Assembly: GCA_964016885.1 (NCBI GenBank)
Contig: OZ024745.1
Location: forward strand, 19,840,001 to 19,904,000
Source: Eledone cirrhosa
Lineage: Eukaryota
Length of the DNA stretch: 64,000 nt
Direction: 5' to 3'
The notes below the pieces were generated by a model that worked only from the letters and a program-made list of their open reading frames with translations, did not search any database and was not told the DNA's origin. The translations under genes were made by a program, and so were the position numbers. Each line of letters opens with the position of its first letter. Within the stretch, counting starts at the first letter, position 1. This document shows, one piece after another, positions 11,378-24,294 of this stretch.

Positions 11378-14300
11378 CTCCGCCTTAGCCGGTCCCAAGC
11401 CCGGTTGAGAAAGGAGGAGGGTTGGGGTATGGGGTTAGCAGCCCTACCTCCGTAAAAACTTTTTCATTGCTACAGAAACGATGAGAAAAAAACCATTTTG
11501 ATACCCAGCGGCGGAAAAGAGAAGACAAGTCATCCCTGGATGCACGTATGATGGGGCCGGGTCAAAGCCGAAAGGAGGCCCGACCGCGGATAAGTCCTAT
11601 CATCAACGCCAAATCAAACATAAGAGCAGGCACCTGGAATGTCCGCACGCTCTTTCGGGACGGGCTGATGGAGCAGGTGCTGAAGGAGATGAGAGAATAT
11701 CGCCTTGACATCATGGGCATCAGCGAGACGAGGTGGACAGAACGGGGACGACTCAACAGCGGAGACATGACTATTCTCTACTCCGCTGATGATGACCACC
11801 ATGTTCACAGAGTTGGTATCATCCTCACCGGAGATGTATCACGGGCTCTTGTGGGATGGAGGCCAGTGAGTGAATGAATTATTACTGCCAGATTGAGCAC
11901 AAGGTTAGCCAAGGTGACCGTAGTGCAAGTCTACGCCCCGACTGAAGCTTCCCCAGATGAAGATAAAGATACTTTCTTTATCCAACTACAGGATGTCCTA
12001 GAGGAAACACCCAGGTCAGACATTAGGCTGCTGATTGGTGACTTCAATGCCAAGCTAGATGGAGACAGGAGAGAAATACATTCAGCCATTGGCCTCCACG
12101 GTTCAGCTGATTCCACCAATAACAATGGGGAATGGTTGCTGTCCCTGAGCAGTATCAGCAACCTCTCCATCGGGAATACATTCTTTACCCATAGGCGGAT
12201 TCACAAGATGACATAGACTTCCCCTGATGGCAACACCAGGAATGAGATTGATTATATCTGCATTGGCACGAGGTGGCGTTCCTCTCTCTTGGATGTTCGC
12301 ACCTACCGAGGGGCAGACATCGGATCTGACCATCGTCTTGTGGTTGGAAAAATCCGCTTGAGGTTGAAGAACAAAGCAAATAAGACCGTGAGGCCATATG
12401 TTGTCGCAAGCCTGCAAGACCAAGGTACGTCAGAGGGATTCTACATGGAGATCAGGAATAAGTTCCAAGAACTACAGCACGCACAGAACCGTGAAGACCA
12501 GTGGCAGATGTTTGCTCAGGCGGTCAGGGCGAGTGCTGATGTAGTTATTGGTAGAAGAAAGGGGACCAACCGGGAACAGTGGATCAGCAGTACTTCATGG
12601 AATCTCATTGACGAGAGGAAGGATGTTAAGAACAAAAGAGATCAAACCAAAACTCGTCAGCAATGGAAGGAAGTGGACAAAGAGTACAGACGTCTTGACA
12701 AGGAAGTAAAGAAGAGCTGTCGAAAAGACAAGTGCCAGTGGTTAGAAGATCGGGCTGCAGAGGCACAGGTGGCAGCAGATCGAAATGATTCCAAGACGCT
12801 GTACCGGATCGTCAGAGAGCTAACTGGAGGACGAAGCCGAAGCAGTTTGTCAATCAAGAGCAAAGATGGCCGGATGCTTGCAGCCAGTGAAGAGCAGGCC
12901 CAGAGATGGAACGAACACTTTCGTGAGGTCCTCAATCAGCCATCCCCCAACACAGTCTTTGAGCTTGACTGGGAGGAAGCGAGCTACCGGCTGGATGTAC
13001 GACTAGACAACATCACAAGAGCTGAGGTGGCCAAGGCCATCCGCTGCCAAAAGAATAACAAAGCGGCAGGGCTGGATGAGATTCCTGCAGAGCTTCTGAA
13101 GCACGGCAAGGATGTAATAGAGGAGCAGCTCACCCATTTATGCAATGTGATTTGGCAAGAAGAGGAGGTGCCGGAGAACTGGGGAAATGGAGTGATTGTA
13201 CCACTACTGAAGAAGGGCTGTCTCAGCGACTGCAACAACTGGAGAGGGATCACGTTGCTATCAGTGCCAGGGAAGGTATTCTGCACAGTCATCCTGAACC
13301 GGCTGAGAGCAGAAGTAAATCGTCATCTTCGAGATGAACAGGCTGGCTTCCGCAGTGGAAGGTCTTGTTCAGAGCAGATCTTCACTCTCTGAAATATCAT
13401 TGAACTATGTAAGGAGTTCCACAAATCCCTTGTTGTCAACTACATTGACGTCAGGAAAGCTTTCGACAGTGTTCATCGGGAGTCATTGAGGAAGATTGTA
13501 AGACTCTACGGTGTCCCAGAGAAATATATTAACATCTTCAGGTCGCTGTACCGACATTCCAGGTGCTGCGTTAGGACAAAGGATGGAAACACGGAAATGT
13601 TTGACATCTTGACGGGTGTTCGACAAGGCTGCATCCTTTCGCCTTTCCTTTTCCTCATTGTCATCGATTTCATCATGAAGAAGACAATGAGTGACCCTCG
13701 TTTTGGCATCAGTTGGAATGGAAGGAGATTAAGCGACCTGGACTTTGCCGATGACATCGCAGTGATAGGCCACTCCCGAGAAGACCTGCAAGAGATGACA
13801 AACATTCTAAATGACAATGCAGAGAAAGTTGGCCTGCGCATCAGTTGTGAAAAAACCAAGACCATGTCAACAGGTGACCCTCCAAATCCTCCCATCATGG
13901 TTGGTCAGCGTAACATTGAATGTGTAAACCACTTCCAATACCTTGGCAGCAACATCTCTGACGATGGGGATGCTGGGGTGGATGTGCGCACAAGGCTCGG
14001 GAAAGCAGCGGCGGTCTTCCAGCGACTCAGTCCAGGTGTTCCATCGGCAACGCCGTCAAATTCCGTGTTTACATGTCCATTGTAGTACCAACAGCGACGA
14101 TATATGCCTGTGAGACATGGAAGAGTACGGAAAGTGTATGGAACAAGCTTGATGTAATCCACCGTCGTTGCATTCGGACCATATTGAAAATTTCATGGAG
14201 AGACCAAGTTAGCAACGAGGAAGTGATGAGGAGGTCAGGATTGGAGAGGTTAAGGGACATTGTCCGGAAAAGGAGACGGCGGTTCGCAGGCCACGTCCTT

Positions 14301-14533
14301 CGTTTGCCGGCAGATCGACCTGCTCATATTGCCATGGATTGGGTACCAGAAGGTGGCAGGAGAGAACGGAGAAGACCACGAAAAACATGGTGGAGCACAT
14401 TCAGGGAGGACCTGCGGGAGATAGGAATTACCTGGAGAGGTGCTAGAAGGGTCGCCAGTGACAGGATCAAGTGGAGGAAGCTCGTCACCCAATGTTCCAC
14501 AAGGGACTGGAGGAACTAAGACTAAGACTAAGA
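11377..14533 (+). mobile_element. Near full-length RTE LINE (APE endonuclease + RT), inactivated by stops and a deletion; (CTAAGA)n tail; inserted in (TA)n
   Basis: APE motifs GTWNVRTL, GISETRW, QVYAPT, IGDFNAK and GSDHRLV. RT motifs NWRGITLLS, EQAGFRSGRSC, GVRQGCILSP, LDFADD and FQYLGS. Stops at ~11875, ~12214 and ~13390. Confidence 0.95.
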
Positions 14534-14556
14534 TATATATATATATATATATATGT

Positions 14557-14985
14557 ATCATCATCATCACCGTTTTACGTCCATTCTTCCATGCTAGCAT
14601 GGGTTAGACGGGTTGTCCTGTTGTGGGCAGTGTCTGGTCGGCTGACCATGCCTTGCTCATCCAGGAACTGATTTTGGCTTGATTTCTACAGCTGGATGCC
14701 CTTCCTAACACCAACCTCATTTACAGTGAGTGCTGGGTGCTTTTTTCCGTGGCGCCTACACATCCACTTTACAGTGGGAGGGTGTGGGGGCATATTGTCT
14801 ATATGCTTCAGCTTGTACCCATGGGAGGTCGGGTACTCTGTATTACTGCGTGACGCCAGAGGTCACGGTCGTGTGTCATCGCCTTTGAGAGGTGTAATTT
14901 GGTAAGGTCGGCTTTTATCACCTCATCCCAGGTCTTTTGGGTCTCCCCACTCCGTGGTTTCCAATGACTTCTAGTGCTCTGCATA
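14557..14985 (-). mobile_element. RTE (PHD family) 3' end
   Basis: Reverse complement of the 8385-8860 type sequence. Confidence 0.88.
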
Positions 14986-15017
14986 TGTATATATATATAT
15001 ATATATATAGTGCTCTG

Positions 15018-15066
<49 letters not shown>

Positions 15067-15173
15067 GTTTGAATTTGTGAAGCCAAACAATGCAGGTATG
15101 GACATAGAATAAAAAATGCAAATGCAAAAGATATTGTTGACAATTAGTCTTTTACCTTAGATTTATTTAAATG

Positions 15174-15211
15174 TCCTTAATTTTCGAGATAATATCTCTT
15201 CTTCGGTGGGA
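15174..15211 (-). ncRNA. Hammerhead motif, degenerate
   Basis: ccca-CCGAAGA-a-gagat-att-atctc-GAAA-at-TA-agga. Confidence 0.45.
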
Positions 15212-15252
15212 AGTAAAGCGGTTAAACCAGTGTTCTAAATAGCTTGCCAAGT

Positions 15253-15293
<41 letters not shown>

Positions 15294-15440
15294 GTATATG
15301 TTGGTTGTTTACTGACACTTCAGTATGCAGATTGGAGCACTCGACTAAGTACGCAGGTTGGTTTGTTTACTCCGGAGTAATGTAAAATAATTAAGTCAAA
15401 TATGTAAAATTTGGCTTCGTTTATTACAAATTATAGATAT

Positions 15441-15495
15441 ACTGCTATATATATTTCGGTGACAGCCATCATTGGCTGTGACCTCTTCAGGCAGT
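15441..15495 (-). ncRNA. Type I minimal hammerhead ribozyme with intact core
   Basis: actgc-CTGAAGA-ggtcacagcca-atga-tggctgtcacc-GAAA-tatata-TA-gcagt. 5-bp stem I and 11-bp stem II with one mismatch. Confidence 0.8.
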
Positions 15496-15669
15496 CCGAA
15501 TTGGTGTGGGAAAGACAGGTACACATGTTGTTGAAGTGTATTTTACTCCGTCAATCCATCGATATGTCCAGCTCCTGGTAGTGTTGTTATTTCTCTGAGG
15601 AACTGGAATCATATGATTCCAGTTCCTCAGAGAAATAACAACACTACCAGAAGCTGGACATATCGATGC

Positions 15670-15935
15670 AATGTGCATGGATGATGATTGCTGACTGAAG
15701 AAGTGTCAGGAAATCCCAATGGATGGAAGCTGCAGTTGCAGTAGACAAAGAAAGACCTGGGCAGAGTTGGTGAGAACTGATCTCAAATTGTTGAGACTCA
15801 CAGAGGAAATGATGAAGGAATGCAGAGAGTGGAGAGATGCTGAACTGAAAAGGACCCATTCAACCCATGCAAGCACGGAACAACAAACGTAAACATGATG
15901 ATGATGATATAAAGAAGAAGAAGAAGAAGAAGAGT
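15670..15935 (+). mobile_element. Old degenerate RTE 3' end
   Basis: RKTW-like coding remnant, then aacccatgcaagcacggaa and a (gat)/(gaa) tail. Confidence 0.6.
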
Positions 15936-16067
15936 AGAAGATATGGATATGTATTTGGTTAATAGCTCCATTTGTTTGCTGTTTGCTAGCAATAAAAACA
16001 TGTTTACAATGGTAGAGAGAATGTTTTAAGAAGTGTAGATTATAATTACATCAGGTGTAACATAACA

Positions 16068-16422
16068 AGAGAGAGGGGGGTGAGAGAGGGGGGGGGGGTG
16101 AGGTGTACTACAGAGATAGAGAGAGAGGTGTACTACAGAGAGAGAGAGGTGTGGTACAGAGAGAGAGAGGTGTACTACAGAGAGAGAGAGGGGGTGGTAC
16201 AGAGAGAGAGAGAGAGGGGGTGGTACAGAGAGAGAGATGTACTACAGAGAGAGAGAGGTGTACTACAGAGAGAGAGGGGTGGTACAGAGAGAGAAAGGTG
16301 TACTACAGAGAGAGAGAGGGGGTGGTACAGAGAGAGAGAGAGAGGGGGTGGTACAGAGAGAGAAAGGTGTGGAGTACAGAAAGAGAGAGAGAGGTGTGGT
16401 ACAGAGAAAGAGGGGGTGGTAC
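16068..16422. repeat. AG-rich minisatellite (gtgtactacag/gtggtacag + (AG)n)
   Basis: Directly visible in the sequence. Confidence 0.85.
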
Positions 16423-16552
16423 ATAGTATAGTAGTAAATTTACACAAATCATATAAAAGGACCGTAAAAATAAGGCAAATAAACGATAATGTAAGATATA
16501 CATGATATCGTATCTTATAAAATACTATATATATGTGTATATATATGTGTAT

Positions 16553-16870
16553 ATGGTTTAGTGGTTAGAGCATTGGCCTTGTAATCGAAAGGTTGTGAGT
16601 TCAATTCTCAGACCGGGTGGTGTGTTGTTTCCTTGAGCAAGACACTTTATTTCACATTGCTCTAGTTTACTCTGAAATGAGATGATAGAGACTGGGGTCC
16701 ATATCATTCCACTGCAAAGTGGTCGTGGAGGTGCCCCGGCGAAAAAGCACCCAGCACTCACTGTAAATGAGGTTGGTGTTAGGAAGGGCATCCAGCTGTA
16801 GAATCAGATCCCGTCCCACCCTTGCAAGCAGGGAAAAGCGGACGTAAAATGATGATGATGATGATGATGA
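16553..16870 (+). mobile_element. SINE family B
   Basis: tRNA-like head (tggtttagtggttagagc; gagttcaattct), RTE-type tail and (gat)n. Confidence 0.87.
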
Positions 16871-16882
16871 TATATAGATATA

Positions 16883-17755
16883 CAGGGTGCGGACGATATT
16901 TGTTCGCAAGATTACTGTTTAGGAAAATATAACACAGTAGTTTTATTTTTTAAGATATATTTATCAAACTTGGGTCAGTTTGTCTTCATGACTTGTTCTT
17001 TCGATCTCACTCGATAAACCCGCCATTGGCTTTGATGACGGCCTCGGAACCGGCTACAGGCCTTCGTCACTGTACCCCGATTTAGGCCCCTAAAGGCACT
17101 TGTGATCCTATCCTTCAGATCGTCTTTCGTATTGCAGCTAGATCTGTTGGTGTCTTGTTCCACTGCGACCCACACAAAGAAGTCGAGGGGGTTGCAGTCA
17201 GGCGAGCTGGGAGGCCAGATGTCAGGTGAAGTGTGGTCGACGAAGTTCTCTGACAGCCAGGCTTGGGTCTTTCGGCTGGTATGGCAGGGCGCTGAGTCTT
17301 GCTGCCACATGTACGGCCTACCTGCAGCTACCTGGTCGATCCAGGGCTTTACTACCTCGCTCAGAACGCGGATGTAGCCATCAGTGTTCAGCTTGAGACC
17401 CTCAGAGAAGAAGTGAGGTGGTATGACATCACCTTGACTGCTGACGACACCTAAGACCAATGTTGTTGCTGGAAACTTTGTCTGCATGACTCTGGGCACA
17501 TCTTTGGATGAGACAGCGAGCCACCTGTTGTTCTGGGAGTTGATCTTCTGGTCTTATTTGTCCTCCCGGCGCGGATTCCAAGAAGAACTCCATGTCTCTT
17601 ACACAAATTTGGAGGGTTCAAAATTATTCATAATTAATTATTCTGAAAATAAATAATGGAAATATAGTCATGAAGACAAGAGTGACAACGGAAGTAAAAA
17701 AAATTTGCATAAAATTAGCAGTTGAAAATTGCGAACAAATATCGTCCACACCCTG
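16883..17755 (-). mobile_element. Internally deleted Tc1/mariner maT-family (DD37D) transposon
   Basis: 27-bp TIRs cagggtg(c/t)ggacgatatttgttcgcaa with TA TSD. QQDSAPCH...WPPSSPDCNPLD has 37 residues between the second and third D. Confidence 0.92.
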
Positions 17756-17757
17756 TA

Positions 17758-18005
17758 TATCATCATCATCGTTTAACGTCCATCTTCCATGCTAGCATGG
17801 GTTAGACGGGAATTGTCCCACCAAAGGCAAGATTGGTTGGGAGACCGTGTCTCACTCGTATAGGACTGTCTGGCAGGTTTTCTATGGCTGGATGCTCTTC
17901 CTAATACCAACCACATTTACAGTGTGGACTGGGAGCTTTTTACTGTGTTACCTACATGGTCACTTTAAAGTGTGAACTGTGTGTCTTTTTGTTGTGGCAC
18001 CTACA
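17758..18005 (-). mobile_element. RTE 3' UTR fragment
   Basis: Reverse complement of the 7240-7410 type 3' UTR. Confidence 0.8.
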
Positions 18006-18030
18006 CATATACACATATATATATATACAC

Positions 18031-18063
<33 letters not shown>

Positions 18064-18700
18064 TGCATATACATATATACACACATATACATACACACAT
18101 ATTCACATACATACACATATACACATATATATACACATATACACACACACATACATATATATATATACACACATATACATACACACATATTCACATATAC
18201 ACCTACATTCACATATATACACATATACACATATACATACACATACACATACACATATACATACACACATACACACATATACATAATATCTAATTTTATA
18301 AAATAGTACATACATACACATATAGACACATATATACATACACACACACATACATATATACACACAAACACACATGCATACATACTCACAGACATATACA
18401 TACACACATATACATACACACATACATACATACATACACACACATACAAACACATACACACACACACAAACACATGCATACATACACACACATGCACATA
18501 TACACACAAACACAAACATACACATACACTCACACATGCACATAGACACAGACCAATGCATGCACAAACACTCACATTCATGCACACACACTCATCACAC
18601 TCACACACACTCCTACATGCACACACACCTACTCACACATGCACATCCAAACACCTACACATGCACACCCACACATACACACACACACACACACTCACAC
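18005..18700. repeat. Degenerate (CA/TA)n microsatellite
   Basis: Directly visible in the sequence. Confidence 0.9.
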
Positions 18701-18703
18701 AAG

Positions 18704-19225
18704 TCTAAAGCCAATTTATACATATTTTATATTTCACTGGAATATCAGGCATTTCTGTCTGTTTGTGAACCTAAAACTCAAAAACTACCAAACTAATCTT
18801 GATGAAACTTGACACGTGTGTGTGTGTGGGGGGGGGGGGGGGGGGGGGGCTCATGCCCATTTGATTTCTTACGTATATTTCATTTTAATAAAAGGTTCCT
18901 GGGGGCTCAAACCCCTGTTGAAAACCCCCACTTAAAATGTTTTCCCTTCGATTTATATGAAATTTAAACCATAGGCAAATGACAAGATATGATGCCTATT
19001 CACAAAAGTTTTGAATTGATATTTTGAAAAAAATTATTTACAAGAAACAAAATGAGAATAAGATTTAATAATGTAATTTTGATTTGAAATATTACAAAAA
19101 CTAATGTTTTCCAATTTTTCATGCATTACATTTTAAATTATATCACTGATTTAAAATCAATCATCATTTTCTTACAAAAAGAATCTGTGAAACGCAGCAA
19201 GGCGTGGGGCGGGTAATTTGGCTAG
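18704..19225 (+). mobile_element. Non-autonomous Helitron-like element
   Basis: GC-rich subterminal segment ending gCTAG|t. Internal ctgtctgtttgt..aaaactacca..ttgatgaaacttg resembles Lep1-type Helitrons. The 5' end is uncertain. Confidence 0.5.
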
Positions 19226-19756
19226 TAAGCAATAAATAAAGTTTAGTATAGGTGGACATACTAGTGTTTATGTTGGTCAAAGGAGCTGGAGATAGGAAAT
19301 GACAGGAATATTAACAACAATAACTGTTCTTCTAAGATCATCACATCAAATTTTGATTTCATTGTTTTTGTCGGTTTGTTGTCTTTTTTTGTTTTCTTTT
19401 AGCTGTTTCACATTTTCTATATTTGCCTAAGTTTAAAGTAATGTTTTCGTTTTTGCTCTGTTGTATTTTGACAATAGGTAAATAGACGCAAGGAAAACTA
19501 TGTCCAGAGCCGCAGAAAAGTAGTAAAGGAATTCAACACCAAAACATTACAGACTTAGTGTAAAAAAATATATAAACTTCATTCCTCCTGCTCTTTCTTA
19601 GTCAGCCTATGTACTTTTCAGCCGACCCTCATAGCTGCAAGCAGAGGTGTAGTGGTCGAAAGGTTGACTTTGAAACTACTTGGTTTCAGGTTTGGTCCCA
19701 ATATGTGGCATCTAGGATTAGTGTCTTCTAGTGTTGAGCTGATCAATGCTTTGATC

Positions 19757-20138
19757 TACAAGGGTCAGCTGAAAAGTTCATAGGCTGACCAAGATACTCT
19801 CATGGAATGATCTCAAACGAGGTTTATTTTTCAACATAGTCCCTGGAAAGAAACACTGCCATTGGCAGTATCGGTAGAGGATCGGACGCCATGCTTTGTA
19901 GCAGAGTTACGTCCCTTTACGGACTGAGTTCAAATCCCGCCGAGGTTAACTTTGCCTTTCATCCTTACGGGGTCGATAAAATAAAGTACCAGTAATACAC
20001 TGGGATAATTGCAGGCCTTGTGCCAAAAAGTAGAAACAATTATTAACAAGAAGAGTTGCAATTAATGTATGTAAGATTTCCCAGCTCTAGCATCTCTCCT
20101 TCATAGTCAGCCTATGAACTTTTCAGCCTACCCTTGTA
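19757..20138. mobile_element. Mariner-like MITE interrupted by a SINE A copy (19861-20043)
   Basis: Both halves match 2651-2852. TIRs tacaagggtcagctgaaaagttcataggctgac / gtcagcctatgaacttttcagcctacccttgta. Confidence 0.82.
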
Positions 20139-20263
20139 TGTCAGAAATCTATCATATATAGTGGTTAGGGTGTCCGGCTAATGATAGTAAGGTCATGTGT
20201 TTCCTTCCCAGATAAAATAAAGATGGCGTAGATATACAATACAACAGGAGGAACATAATAGCA

Positions 20264-20306
20264 CTACTGATGATGTTGCAGATGTGCAACGAAAGAACTT
20301 TGTTAG
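20264..20306 (+). ncRNA. Hammerhead-like motif with degenerate stems I and III
   Basis: cta-CTGATGA-t-gttgca-gatg-tgcaac-GAAA-gaactttgt-tag. Confidence 0.4.
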
Positions 20307-20550
20307 ACTATACATATGTGTTTGTGTCTATATTATATCTGTATTTTTGACCGTTGGTCAGTCAATGGTAAACATTGAGGACTGAATGAATTAACTGATA
20401 TAAAAGATACAGAAGCGAAAACCAACCAAACAGTGAGTGTGTTCTGTTATTAATTCTGGCAATATTATTACAACAATATGACCCTCCACAAGTATAACAA
20501 TATTTGTTTCGACACACGATTTCATATCATAATCCTCGCAAAACAAATAT

Positions 20551-20893
20551 ATCATCATCATCATTTCATTTTACGTTTGCTTTTTTCCCTGCTTGCAAGG
20601 GTGGGACAGGAACTGATTCTGGCTTGATTTCTACAGCTGGATGCCCTTCCTAACACCAACCACATTTACAGTGAGTGCTGGGTGCTTTTTTCCGTGGCAC
20701 CTCTACGTCCACTTTACAGTGGAATGATATGGACCCCAGTACCTATCATCTCATTTCTACAGCTGAGTAAACTGGAACAATGTGAAATAAAGTGTCTTGC
20801 TCAAGGAAACAACACATTACCCGGTCTGAGAATTGAACTCACAACCTTTCGATTGCAAGGCCAATGCTCTAACCACTAAGCCATGCGCCTCCA
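20551..20893 (-). mobile_element. SINE family B
   Basis: Matches 9213-9590. Confidence 0.85.
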
Positions 20894-21129
20894 TGTGTCT
20901 ATATATATATAGTACGTATGTCTAATTTTTCTTCATTGTGTGACTGACTTGTGTAACTAAAGAAACAACTTCATATGATCTTTGCTATATTTACTATTCT
21001 GTATACTTCGATGTTTACTACCATAACACATTTGAATTAGTGGATGTCGTTGAGTGCTTTATTCTATTAGAATCAAAGTTAACTCATTCGTGACTCGGTT
21101 GCAGAACTATAGTCAGTTAACGCCCTATA

Positions 21130-21160
<31 letters not shown>

Positions 21161-21189
21161 ACAATTGTTTCTACTTCTCTCTATATATA

Positions 21190-21376
21190 TAATTGTTTCT
21201 ATTTTAGGCACAAGGCCAGCAATTACCCAGTACATTACTGGTACTTTATTTTATCGACCCCGTAAGGATGAAAGGCAAAGTTAACCTCGGCGGGATTTGA
21301 AGTCAGACCGTAAAGGGCCGTAACTCTTTGCTGCAATGTATGGTGTCTAACTCTACTGATACTGTCAATCCACCGC

Positions 21377-21430
<54 letters not shown>

Positions 21431-21565
21431 ATGGTTTCTTATGTAGGCACAAGGCCAGCAATTTTGGGGGGAGGGAAAAGTCGATGAAATCGACCCCAGT
21501 GTGTGACTGGTATTTTATTTTATCGACCCCGTAAGGATGAAAGGCAAAGTTAACCTCGGCGGGAT
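21190..21565 (-). mobile_element. Two SINE A-related copies separated by (TA)n
   Basis: Reverse complement of the ctttcatccttacggggtcgataaaataaa core occurs twice. Confidence 0.8.
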
Positions 21566-21682
21566 AATAATAAACAAGAAAGACGGTTTCATTTGTACAT
21601 TTCTATTTATTTTCTTATACAAAACAAATAAATAGGGATGTACAAATGAAACCATCTTCCTTGTTTATTATTATAATAAAAC

Positions 21683-21877
21683 AAGGAGGGTCGGATTGGC
21701 AGTATCGGTAGAGGGTCGGACTTCATGCTTTGCAGCATAGAGTTACGGCCCTTTACGATCTGAGTTCAAATCCTGCCAGGGTTAACTTTGTCTTTCATCC
21801 TCATGGGGTCGATAAAATAAAGTACCAGTAATAATAACACTGGGATAATTGCTGGCCTTGTGCCAAAAGTAGAAACA
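21683..21877 (+). mobile_element. Full-length SINE A with 16-bp target-site duplication
   Basis: attattataataaaac at 21667-21682 and 21878-21893. A box tggcagtatcgg and B box gagttcaaatcc. Confidence 0.88.
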
Positions 21878-21967
21878 ATTATTATAATAAAACTCCAGAT
21901 GAACAATAACTGTGGAGTGCTTTTTAAGAAAAAGTCGACAGATTTTCAATCAACCAAAGTATATATA

Positions 21968-22641
21968 TCATCATCATCATCATCATCATCGTTTAACGTC
22001 CATCTTCCACCCTAGCATGGGTTTGGACGGGAATTTTCCCACTTGAGGCAAGAGTGGTTGTCTTGCTCGTATAGGACTGTCTGGCGGGTTTTCTACGGCT
22101 GGATGCCCTTCCTAACACCAACCACGTTTACAGTGTGGACTGGGAGGTTTTTACCGTGTTACCTACATGGCCACATTACAGCGTGGACTGTGTGTTTTTT
22201 GTCGTGACACCTACACAACCTCATTTATTTAGGACTGGATGTTGTGGTACCAACATAACTTTACATCAAAAGGGGGTGGTGTGGGGTTAGTGGGACGGGG
22301 GTGTATTTTGGTAAGAGGTGCCTACTGACTGTAGGTTTCGCTTTGCACTTAGGCAAGGTGGGTCTTAGGTATTACTGCGTAGCGCCAAAAATCTCGGTCC
22401 AGTGACATTGTCTTGGAGAGGTGTAAGTGTGTGAGGTCGGAATTTATCAAGTCGTCCCAGGTTTTTCTGGGTCTGCCTACTCCATGGCTACCATCTATTT
22501 TGATCGCCCTGCACTTTTTTATACAGCTATCGTCTTTCATGCGCATCACGTGACCGTACCAACGTAGTCTTCTCTCGAGTAAACAGCATCTGATCCCTCT
22601 TATTCCTAATTTCTCCCCCTTAGTTCATTTATGCTTTGCCG

Positions 22642-22645
<4 letters not shown>
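21968..22645 (-). mobile_element. RTE (PHD family) 3' end
   Basis: ORF 22349-22549 with GRPRKTW, followed by the 3' UTR and tail. Confidence 0.9.
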
Positions 22646-22737
<92 letters not shown>

Positions 22738-22747
22738 TATATATACA

Positions 22748-23024
22748 TATACTACAAGAATAAAGGAGCAAAGATTCAGTGTTGCATCATAACATATTAC
22801 ATATGTTTCACTATCGATCAGCTTGAGGAACGACCTATTATTGACTGAGCCTGATTCTGTAATCGAAAGATCATCAGATACGTTTCCTCTGTGAGCTCGT
22901 CTCCGGTTCTATCGGTCAATAATAGATCATTCCTCTAGCTGATCGATAGTGAAACATATGTAATATGTTATTAAATATGTTATGATGCGACACTGAGTCT
23001 TTGCTCCTTTATTCTTGTAGTATA
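22748..23024. repeat. Fold-back element with a hammerhead on the minus strand
   Basis: Arms tactacaagaataaaggagcaaag...ttgac / gtcaa...ctttgctcctttattcttgtagta. Confidence 0.75.
22793..22882 (-). ncRNA. Hammerhead motif with extended stem II
   Basis: cgtat-CTGATGA-tctttcgatt...gatcgatagt-GAAA-catatg-TA-atatg. Confidence 0.65.
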
Positions 23025-23221
23025 TATACTCTGCTCTGGGCGAGCATCAAGTGTTCACCCCGCATACCTCCTACGGACGCAATCTTTCTTGCAACCGTTA
23101 TATATATAACACACATACATATATATATATATAACACACACACATATATATATAGAACAATTTTGAATAGCGCCAGTTCGTAATTCAAACTCGGGAATTT
23201 TATATTCTCCGAGTGAAAAGA

Positions 23222-23308
23222 ACCTTCTGATGAGAGTTTATCTTTTCAATGGATGCCCGCAAGGACTGTCCATTTATTTTTGAGACTCAAAACCGTTTCG
23301 GTAAAGGT
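23222..23308 (+). ncRNA. Hammerhead motif with GAAA mutated to AAAA
   Basis: acctt-CTGATGA-gagttt...agactc-AAAA-ccg-ttt-cgg-TA-aaggt. All three stems pair. Confidence 0.68.
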
Positions 23309-24294
23309 AACCAGAGTAAGAACAGTGAATTTTTTGAAATTTATTTTGAAACTTTTTCTTATTTGCTAAACCTTGAGTATATATATATATATAGATATAG
23401 ATATAAATATATGTATCCTGCGTTTAATCGGGGGTAACCACAGTAAGTAAGGTACTCAATACATAGCAGAGTATAAATTTTTAATATAGAAATGGCTTCT
23501 ACAGGACTAGAACAGTTCTAGTCCTGTAGAAGCCCTTGCTATATATATACATACATATATTACTCAGACAGCCTAACAGTTTGTCTTGTTTACTCTCTTT
23601 ATTATTGTTTTTTTTTTCTACTTGAACTACCTTTTATTTTCTGTATCTATCCTTTCTGATCCTGTCTCTATTTTGTACTACTGAAGAAGGGCTGAAGCCC
23701 GACACATCAAACTTTCCCTTTTCCATATAAAGCGTGAAACTAATAACATTTTTGTACCTCTGTTTGTCATTTTCTTGAACTATATATATACATATAGTTT
23801 ATTTGTTTCTTTTACTTCCTTGTGTGATTGATTGGACCAATAGATTGCTCACTATAATATCAACTATGAATGAATGGCACTTGTTCTATCTGTGACATCC
23901 ACTTACAGCACAACCGACTAACTACCAATATTAGTGCTTCATGGTATAAAAACTACTTATGAAGCACTTCTATTCCTATATTACTACATATCAGGCCACT
24001 GTCATATAGTTTAAAACCTTCTCTTCTATGTAACTGCAACAGATATACTCAAACAATACTCTTTTTTTTTTTTTTATTTCAGTGTAAAATATAAATCTAT
24101 TTATATATATTGTTATATTTGGGGAGAGTCATGTTGTCCTAATATTGACAAAAAATAGTAAAACACACTCATTGTTTAGTTTTTCGCCTCAGTATATTTA
24201 TATATTTTTATAAATAATTTAGCTGACAATCAATGTTTATCATTGATTGACCAACAGTTAAAAATATAAATTTATAATTTCTCAAAGTTCTTTC

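Noticed and set aside
16553-16625. tRNA gene
   Set aside because: A and B boxes are present, but the sequence continues into the SINE body in several copies and no full cloverleaf is seen.
23681-23710. Hammerhead CTGAAGA-a-gggc-tgaa-gccc-GACA
   Set aside because: GAAA is mutated and stem I does not pair. It is mentioned only as a possible relic.
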